A stretch of 64,000 nucleotides of DNA from the human T2T-CHM13v2.0 reference genome, Homo sapiens. This document shows, in pieces, positions 54,726 to 64,000 of this stretch. How positions within the stretch are numbered: position 1 is the first letter of the stretch; the number at the start of each line of letters is the position of its first letter. The stretch lies in the NCBI RefSeq assembly GCF_009914755.1, contig NC_060927.1; one strand, 5' to 3'. The translations under genes and the position numbers were made by a program. The notes under the pieces are model-generated. The model had not been told where the DNA came from, made no database searches, and saw only the letters and a list, made by a program, of their open reading frames with translations.

Positions 54726-54986
54726 TAACCAAGGACATAAGGATGCATAGTGGAAAGAAAATGGGCTTCTACACCATATTTACTAGTTACAGAAACAGAA
54801 ACAAGTTGTTTAACTTGTCTGTGGCTTACATTTTCTTCTTCGTCATATGGACTAATGAAAGTTACCTCAAGGATTGTTGCATAATGTATGTCAAGAGGCT
54901 GACACAGTAGAAAAACAACAACAAAACTTTGTCCCGTTTCTCTAAAACAGATTTTAAGTTATAGCTTTTTTTTTCAATAAGTTGAT

Positions 54987-55482
54987 TGTGGCAGAGACTG
55001 CTATTTGTCTATTCCAATCTCCAAATAGCAGTCCCTTCCTTCTAGGCTTTAGAGTCCCTTCCTTCTAGTAACAAGACTCTAATTTGAGTTAACCCAGATA
55101 AAGACATCTTCTAGCCTCCCTTGTAGCTATATTCAGCCATGCGAAAAAGTTCTGCCAGCAAATATAAGCCAAAGGATCATGTATTACCTTCCAGGAGGTC
55201 TCCTTAAGAGGAGGCACTTTTCTTTCTTTCTTCCTTTTTCTTGTTGCTTGTATCATAGATTTATAGCTGTAGCTAGGTCTACCACCTTGAACTCCTCGGA
55301 TGTGGAACACATATTAGGGATGGCAGAATAGAAAGCTGAAGGGGATTTGGGTGACCCTTTAAGTTTCTATGCAGGCCTTAGCTGCTTACATATAGACTTC
55401 CTTTGTTGGATAAATAAATTTCAATCTGGTTTAACCCATTGTTATGTGGATATTTTCTGTTATATGCTGCCAAACTCAGGAG
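54987..55482 (+). mobile_element. MLT1J-like LTR
   Basis: tgtggcagagactgcta...tagcctcccttgtagcta...aagttctg...ttttctgttatatgc. Confidence 0.7.
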
Positions 55483-55526
55483 ATAATATCAAGTGGACAA
55501 AATATATTTTAATTCTAACTCATAAA

Positions 55527-55527
55527 T

Positions 55528-55578
<51 letters not shown>

Positions 55579-55936
55579 CTTTCTTTCTTTCTTTCTTTCT
55601 TTCCTTCCTTCCTTCCTTCTTTTTTTTTTTTTCTTTTCAAGACAGTGTCTCACTCTGTTGCCCAGGCTGGAGTACAGTTGCATGATCTCAGCTTATTGCA
55701 GCCTTGATCTCCCAGGCTTCCAGGCTGGGTCCCAGCTACTCCCACCTCAGCCTCCCAAGTAGCTGGGACCACAGGTGCACGCCAGCACAGCCAGCTAATT
55801 TTTTTTTTTTTTGTAGAGATGAGTTGAGGTTTCACCATGTTGCCCAGGCTGGTCTCAAACTCCTGGGCTCAAGCAGTCTGCCCACCTTGGCCTATCAAAA
55901 TGCTGGGATTACAGACGTGAGCCACAGCACCAGGCC
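55527..55936 (-). mobile_element. AluJ with (TTTC)n-expanded tail
   Basis: tcctgggctcaagcag, gcagccttgatctccc are J-type; tail 55527-55638. Confidence 0.92.
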
Positions 55937-56179
55937 TACTGTATATTTGTTAACAACTTATATATTAAGCTTCTTTTCATCCCTATTGACTTCAATTATA
56001 CTAAAACCACAATGATGGTTCTCATTTAACTGTAATACCTATAGTTTTCCTTTAGTATTTGTAACTAGACTGCAATAAGCTTCATGCTTCTTTTGGCCTC
56101 TTCTCCAACAGGTCAAGGTCATTTACATTTATGTTTTCACAATTATTAATAGCATTACTAATTCATAACAATTTAGAAG

Positions 56180-56435
56180 ACAATATGGTTGAGTTAAGTG
56201 GCCTAGGATTTGGAGTTCAAAGGTCTAGACCAACACCAGTAGTAGTATTATTGGCTATGTGACTTTGCACAAGTCCTTTAATTTCTCTGAGCCTTAGTTT
56301 TATTCACAAGAAACAGAGGTAATAATAATAATCATGCATTATTGACTTATTGGTATATTGTGAAAATCTGGTAGGGGAATATATTTGAAAGTATTTTGTA
56401 AAAGATAAAGCAACATACAAATGTTAGTTGTTATG
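56180..56435 (+). mobile_element. MIR
   Basis: gctatgtgactttgcacaagtcctttaatttctctgagccttagttt. Confidence 0.8.
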
Positions 56436-57203
56436 AATAATATTAGAATCTTCAAATATAAGAGGCACATACTAAGTTTCTTTATCCATACACACATTGA
56501 ATAGAAATATAAGAGGATACCTTTAAAGATTCCAATATATATGGCAGTTTTCAATATCTTCTGTTAGTTTTCTGAGGGTAGAATGAATCTTCAATTAAAG
56601 ATCTTCCTGTAAAATATTAACAAAGCAGAGTAATGGTCACAGATGATGAATATTTTTGCTTTAGAGTTGTTTAGATGTAGATAGAAGATAAATATTTAAG
56701 ATCTTGAAATTGAACAATGACTCTTAGGATCTTTGTACTCTTGGTTCTCTCCATCTCCCTTCTCCCCACACCATGCCAGTATGGATCAGGGGAATCTGAG
56801 GACATTGTCCTTGAAGAGCATGACAGAAAGGTCAAAGCCATTCTTTTATAGCTTGCCAATCATTTGGGACACAACTAAAAGTGTCAGTAATAATCAAGAT
56901 AACTTATATCTATTACTATCTCATTGTCCAGGTGGGCAATCATAGCCAGAATTATTCAAGCTCAATTTTGTCTTCAAAAGCTGTATTGATTACTGCATAA
57001 TACTTTCTGATGGTCCAAAGATTTTATGGTCACTCCCCATATGAACTGGAAATACCCATTTGTTTCCTAACAGTTATGCTAAAATTCCAGTTACAAGGGT
57101 TCTGAATATGAATATGCTTTAGTAGAAGAACTGAACTTAAAGCCATGTGTATTTATCTTTTATATTATGATTTTACTGAATCTGGTACACTGATGTACCC
57201 TTT

Positions 57204-57323
57204 TAGGGTGAATATACATCTTGGTTTGCCTGAACAGTCCTAGTTTGTACTTACTGTTTCAGCATAATTATTAACAGTGTCCCCTTTACTTTCTAAAGGA
57301 ATGATAAATTATATGCTTACTCT
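57204..57323 (-). mobile_element. MER94 (hAT-Blackjack)
   Basis: tagggtga...tggtttgcctg...gcataattattaacagtgtcccctttact...gataaattatatg. Confidence 0.75.
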
Positions 57324-57554
57324 CTTTGAGAAGCATTTTATTGTACTGGTTGAGCAAAATGGAATGTCTTTGTAAATTCTAGGCAGGGACCATTATTTTG
57401 TGCACAATCTGCCCTGTTGTGATGAGTTTGAAACCACGACTCTTACAATCTGTGTATCCTTGAGACCCAAGAACAAGCCTGACTGACTAACTCATCCTTT
57501 TCTTAGGAAAGAAAAATATCACTTAAAAATATCAGCACCTCTGAATATCTGTAT

Positions 57555-57744
57555 CAGAGGTTGACGAACTTTTTGTAATGGACCAGATGGTAAATATTTC
57601 AGTTTGCTCAATTCTGCTGCTATAGCATGAAAACAGCTAGACAATATGTAAACAAGTGGATGCCCTCTGTTCCAACAAAACTGTACTGACAAAAGCAGGA
57701 GGAAGGCCTGGTCTGGTCTGCATCCTTCAGTGTGCTGACCCCTG
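57555..57744 (+). mobile_element. MER58A
   Basis: ccagatggtaaatatt...agacaatatgtaaacaagtgg...tgttccaacaaaact...gctgacccctg. Confidence 0.85.
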
Positions 57745-58461
57745 ATCTAGTGTTATAATGTTCTCTCGATAACTCAATGGAATCTATATCGTCCAGATTT
57801 CTTTTGAAGTATTAAGAGGAGCAAAAGACTGTTTAGCTGGACTTAGTTAGATTATAATTAATATTATGGAAAGACATTCCCATTTCTTATCAACAAAGCT
57901 CCTAATCTTCTGTCATTAACACGTCCTGTTCAGTCCAGTGAATTACAGTCCACATTCAATCTACTGAAGTACAATGATGATGTTCCCTTTCTAAAAAAGC
58001 CAACACAAATGTGTGTCCTTTACATGCTGTGGGATTGACAGGCAGCTAGCTTTTATTGCTTAGGTGTTTAAAAATTGTTTGGTGTCTAACATGTATTAAA
58101 AAAGAAGTTTTTGGAAATTTTCATTTTATTCTGTATCTCCTTGTGTTTTCATAGGATGAGCAGAAGGGTACAAATCTGCCTTTGGGAAATACATCTGAAA
58201 TGCAGAGATAAACAAGTTTGCATCTATGAAAGGAGAATTGGAGAGAGGGGAGAATTGAAAACACACCAGTGGTTAGAACAGAAGAGGAAAGTCCACTGCC
58301 CTTTAAGTTGAAACAGAAGGAAAGACATGAAGGAAAGCCTTGAATGAAATGAAATAAACACTGAAACCATACTCAGAAATACATCAAAACCCTGGGTTCT
58401 TGTCTTGCTATGTTGAGAACTGCGATAATATGGTATGGTACACAGTGGGTGTGAGTAACAC

Positions 58462-58488
58462 GTGTGTGTGTGTGTGTGTGTGTGTGTG
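58462..58488. repeat. (GT)n microsatellite
   Basis: Directly visible. Confidence 0.97.
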
Positions 58489-59499
58489 AACAGGAATTAA
58501 AATTAGACAGTAACAAAATGTCAAGACCAAGATATTGGACATATTAAGCAAAGAAATGAATTCTGTAATGTAAATAGACAAAGTGTGACATGCTCTAAAT
58601 GATGATGAGTTGACGAATTCTTTGCTATCTGACCTGGAATATTAAGCCCCAATCAGGAATGAGTGGACTGTCTCTCCTGGAGAGGTAGGCACTAGTTGCA
58701 GCCTGGGGAAAGAGGAAACATAAAAGCAGATCTAGATTTGCCTTGCAATGAGAGCTGCATATTAATCTAAAGAATTTCCAAAAAATCAAAAAGACATTTT
58801 TCAGCAAAATACACCCCTAGAGCCTCAATCACAAAGCAAGGGAATAAACTTGAAACAGGATTGATTTCATCTTAAAGGGAATATATTTCTTTGAAATGCT
58901 ACCAACTGTAGTTGTCTTATTTGGTTTTCAATCCTATAACAAAATTGTGCCATATTGTGTCAACTAAGAAGATAATATAACGGCTTTAAACAAATTTTGT
59001 AATTATGGGATCAATCAAAAGTGCATTAAATTTGTGTGTATTTGGGAAGTTACGCCATTGAATACTAAGTAGCTCTAAATATCAACCTTCATTTTTCACT
59101 TCCGTTTCGAGACCTTAACTTTAAAAGGGTGAGATTTCCATAATAGGAGTTATAGACCAGCAGAGATTTTGTGAATTTTAGTTGCTTGGTATTCTCTTTA
59201 GAAAGTGCCAGGCACTGCTCTGGCAGAGATTGAAGATATTTGGGCACGACAGAGATTTTGTGTTCTAATGTTTCTTTTATCATACCCTAAGTATGATTCT
59301 AAGCTTTGAGCATACTCAGCTTTCACTGGCACATAAACCAGACTCATGAAAAACTGGGTTGCTTGTCCTAAGGGAAACATTGACAACTGGGTCCTATTTG
59401 GTTCAATTTTTACAAAACGATCTTTTCAGCATTTGATGTCCCTTGATTAGAAAGGAAAAAAGACGAATAGGTTAGGAAGGCCTCGTGGATCTTCAAAAA

Positions 59500-59710
59500 G
59501 CCAGGCAGGCCTGAAATTGAAGCTCTGCTCCAATAATTAGGAACGTGGGCAAGTCATTTCCTTCTCCAGACTTCGGTTTGCTTATCTATGAATTGAGGGA
59601 AATTTTAGTACCCTCTTTACTAAGTTGTGAGAATGATCTAAGACAATGAATGCAAACACAGCCCAAAGTCTGGCACATAATAAGGGCTCAAAAAAAATGT
59701 AGCTATTTGA
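59500..59710 (+). mobile_element. MIR
   Basis: tgggcaagtcattt...gtttgcttatct...tctggcacataataagggctcaa. Confidence 0.75.
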
Positions 59711-60004
59711 TAAAGACCCCAAAGTTGTGATTAACTAAAACCATCACAGTTTCTTAGTAAGCTTGGTAGGAAGTAGGTATGAGAGGTGTTCTTCTTTAGG
59801 TGATTTTATTTTATTAGTACCAAAAGCAGAACTAATAACCTTCAGTAGGATTTGAGAAGGCAGAGGATATGAGCACAGAAAATTGAGACTGCAAACAATG
59901 TCCCTGGCAAAGTAACAGTTTTTTTTAATCTCTTGAGATTTAACAAATCTTTAGCCTTATACCCTTTTACAGTTCTTCCTAGAAATTCCTTCTGTTATTG
60001 GCCC

Positions 60005-60332
<328 letters not shown>

Positions 60333-61062
60333 TAGACTTTTGGTATAAATTGGCTGTATGTTCAAGATTTTGATGCACAAATATAGAAAGTAGTACTATG
60401 TCAACATATTTTTGCCTCCCTGTGCTAACATGTTTCCATGGAAGAAAGTACATTTTGGAACTTTATATTTTCTTTTTCTGTTTATTAAAGAAGTTCCCTG
60501 CAGCAAAGTCCGTGGAAAAGTTATCGTTTATCCTTTATATCTTAAGACATGATTTACCCTAAGAAAATCTTTCTAACAACTGCACTGTAGCATAAAGTAA
60601 ACTGTGCCTGACATTTAACACATGAGTATTGCACAGACTCTGAGGAATAAAGAAGCCACTCAAAACCATCCAGGGATCTGGGAGAAGAGGTGAGTGGAAG
60701 AAACCAGAATGGGCCTATCTTTCACTTGGCAATGGGGGCATGTCATGCCCTACACTACGTACTCTATACAGCCTCGTAGCAGTCTAGTGAAGTCCATGTT
60801 CCCATTTTATGAATGAGAACGCTGAGAATCAGAGAATTCAGTAATCAGCTGAAAGTCACATGACTACCAAGTGGCAGACCTGAGATTTGAACTCAAAATT
60901 TACACTCCTTGCACCTGAATCAAGTGTCCTTTAGCACCTATTCCATCTTGCAAAATAACATTGGTTCTAAGGCTGATTCTCTCCTTTGGCCTCACTAGAA
61001 AAGTGATGATTTTGCTGCCGTAAGGAGCTACGGGACCAGGAAAATAAAAGCATTTCTCTATA

Positions 61063-61246
61063 GCAGTTTTCTAAAAGTGTGATCTCCAGACCAGCAACAT
61101 CAGCATCACCTGGGACCTCAGAAGTGCAACTTCTCAGGCTCCTTTCCAGACATAGTGAATCTGAAACTCTGGAATGTGGCCAGCAGGCAGTGATTTAACA
61201 GGCCATCCAGGGGATTCCAATGAGTGCTAAAGTTTGCGAACCACTG
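61063..61246. mobile_element. MER5A
   Basis: ccagaccagcaacatcagcatcacctggga...gaatctgaaactctgg...ctaaagtttgcgaaccactg. Confidence 0.87.
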
Positions 61247-62989
61247 TTCTGTTGCTCTAGACGTCCTCTCTTCAAAATAGTAAATTTGAACTGGAGGCCT
61301 ACTGTTTGTCCTGCCTTATCAGTCAATGGCCAACAACGGAGGCTGCCCTGGAAGGGCAGAAGTGAGAAGAATCCCATGAGCAATGCTGAAAATGTTTCCA
61401 TGTAGAGCCCAAAGATAATTTTCAGCCTTTCCAAAAAGTAATACAGAACACACTCTGTCCATTCTTGGCAACAGCATGGAAGCCTTTTAATTAGTCCACC
61501 CTGAAGGAAATAGAGATGTACTTGTTAAGTAATTGCTCTGATTACCAGTGGGCAGAAGTGTGCATTGTTGTCAGATGCAGTTGTTAGGAGTCAGCAATCC
61601 TATTAAACTGAAGGCTTCTTACAGAGAGTGTCAAAATAAAAGGACTCCAACAAGCCATGTGGGTGAGAGGGAGGTGGCATTGATGGCAAGAACAGTCCCA
61701 GAGCCAAACACACACAAAGATGCATGTGCACACACATACACATTCACTCACTCACAAATATCAGTTCACACTGTGCAGACTGATGAATGGCCTGTATTCC
61801 AGGGAAGTGAGCATTAATATTCCTGAGACTCCCTGAAATTTCCAAGAAAATATCAAGGCCTGGTACCTTCCTCCAAGTCCCCATTGCATGGGGTTGAATG
61901 TTTTACTGAAGGTAAGTCATCCCAGTGATAAGACATATAGACTCAAGTTATACGAATATAAGAAATTGAGATGCATTCCATTTATAAGAATGTCCCATCT
62001 TAGTATAAATGTGGGTTCTATTACTAGCACACACAATCCCAGTAATGAGTCTGAGTAATGGTATTGGAAAGGAACTCTGAAACTGTGTCCTCCACCCGCC
62101 TCCCCCACTAAAGGATCTTTCTTATAGTAGCTCTGTTCCAGTATCATCTTTCTGATCACACAAATTGGATCAAGTGCCTGCTAGATGGGCCCAGGCTGTT
62201 GAGGTCCTGGACTAAAGCCACAGAGGCCAGTTCCTGGGATTGAGGTTCCCAACAGCGCTGGATCAGGAAAGAGGAAATAGGCCTATAACTAAGTAGGTGA
62301 CTTTTCCGGCTAAAGCCAAGGGCATTGGCTTCATCCAGTCAAATCACCTTGGATGATGGTCTATCAGTGGTGGCCAAAGGCAGTCTCTTCAAGCGGCCAA
62401 GGGAAGAGCAGATTCTCTAAGTGGCACGGGGTGACGGGGCTGACAGTGAAACGGCAGTTACCACATTGAACTAAAGTTGGTGGTGGACATCCCTGTCCCC
62501 TCCACAATATTATCAGAATCATCACAATATCTTATTAATCTTAATAAAGCCACTTTCTAGAATATCAACATGTTACAGTATAAACATAAATTAATTTTAT
62601 TTTTCTAAAAAAGTTGCTTTCTTTGTCCAGCAAAATGTGAGCATAAGTAAAGGCCATAGCTGGATGGAAGCCTTTAAGAGCCAGTGTGTGTTGTGATTGG
62701 ATAAGCCAGGCTGTATTCAGAGGTCCTACTGCAAGGCAGTCCATTCCTTTCCTGGATAGTTGATCATTTGGGCAAAGACATACTCCGTGCACTGCATTCA
62801 GTTTCTCATTTAATCTTCCAACAATCCCATGAAGTAGGTTTTGTGATCTCCAGGTTACAAACAAGGCAAATGTGACCCAGGGAGATTAGCTGCCCAGAGT
62901 CACGTAGCAGAGTCAGGATTCAAATGAGGTCTTGCTCTTGGCACTGCACTCAGCCACTTGGTTAGAAAACGTTTCTTTCTTTAGAATCC

Positions 62990-63362
62990 TGTGTTAGTTT
63001 GCTTGGGCTTCCATAACAAAATACCACAGGCTGGGTGGCTTAATAGAACTTTTCTCACTGTTATGGAGGCTGGGAAGTCTGAGATCAGGGTGTCTGCAGG
63101 TTTTGTTTCTTCTGAGGCCTCTCTGGCTTGCAGACGGCCATCTTCTCACTATGTCTTCACATGGTTTTTCTTCTGTGTGCACAAGTCCGTGGAGTCTCTC
63201 AGCAAGTCCAAATCTCTTTTTATGAAGATAGGTTGGAAGCCTCATTTTAACTTCATCTCACCTGTTTATAGGCCCCCTCTCTAAATACAGTCACATCCTG
63301 AGGTACTAGGGGTTAGGGCTTCAACATATGGATTTCAAGGGGACACAACTGAGTCCATTACA
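62990..63362 (-). mobile_element. MLT1B-like LTR
   Basis: cataacaaaataccacaggctgggtggcttaa...tacagtcacatcctgaggtactaggggttaggg. Confidence 0.88.
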
Positions 63363-63469
63363 TGCCCCAATCTGTCTCTTCAATTTTCCCACATTGGGAC
63401 TAGTTCTCCTCTCTCTAGTTCCCAGATATGTGAAATGCTTTCCCCCTTGCAACAGTCATCCAAAGGTAG

Positions 63470-63975
63470 GACCTTCTTCCCATGTGGTCTAACCAATGCT
63501 GAGGATCATTCAACACTTGCTTCTTTTGTTTCAAATACTATTCTTCCCTTGGTCTTAGGTTTTTTAACAGCTGCATCATTCAGCTCTCTCTTCATGAGCT
63601 TTTGTTCAATATAAATCCTAGAATTTCTTTGGGGTGCCTTTGGTGTCAGGTTTATCTCCCCCATTCTATTATCATTCAATTGATTTTTTGAACCCGAATG
63701 TAGTCATTTACATTCACATTTGGTTTTGTTTATGATTATAGAATACATGTTTATTACCATTCTCATTACATTTCCTCTTGTTATTTTTGACTTCTTACTT
63801 GTGGCTTTGAAGAGCTTTTGTACATAATGCTGTTTTTCTAATATACTTGTTAGTCATGTCAGCTATACGTCCATTACTTCATGAGTGTATCTTGTCTACA
63901 ATTATCTAAGTTGTTGGGAGACATGTTTAACCAAAAAGTTCTGACAGAGCTCTAGGTCACCCTTGAACTGTGCCT
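63470..63975 (-). mobile_element. L3/CR1 LINE fragment
   Basis: atgtggtctaacca..., tctccccccattct...ttgattttttgaacccgaatgtag..tttacatt resembles L3 antisense. Confidence 0.65.
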
Positions 63976-64000
63976 CTGTAGTTTGACATTCAGGTGCATA

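Noticed and set aside
58598-58636. atgatga...ctga resembling C/D snoRNA boxes
   Set aside because: Span far too short and no terminal stem

Overview
Primate (human-like) non-coding genomic DNA: AT-rich, CpG-depleted, and dense in Alu (J/S/Y), L1 (L1PA, L1MB/MC/ME, HAL1), L2, MIR, L3/CR1, MaLR/ERV LTRs and MER/Tigger DNA-transposon fossils. I find no protein-coding exon, RNA gene or CpG island that I can support. The supplied ORFs are repeat-derived or chance. I cannot name the locus. Repeat subfamily calls come from recalled consensus motifs, not a RepeatMasker run, and many boundaries are approximate. The most unusual signal is a recurring set of fold-back/template-switch scars. Two are local templated insertions: 420 bp copied from 3.77 kb downstream and 126 bp copied from 2.91 kb upstream, each starting exactly at a hairpin junction. 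The others are a ~200-bp-arm inverted duplication, a nested triple inverted repeat, two micro fold-backs inside repeats, and an AluY whose target site is present three times. Such events are known individually (FoSTeS/MMBIR, polymerase-theta templated insertion). Whether their density here is exceptional needs a background comparison. I see no evidence for a novel gene-encoded system.
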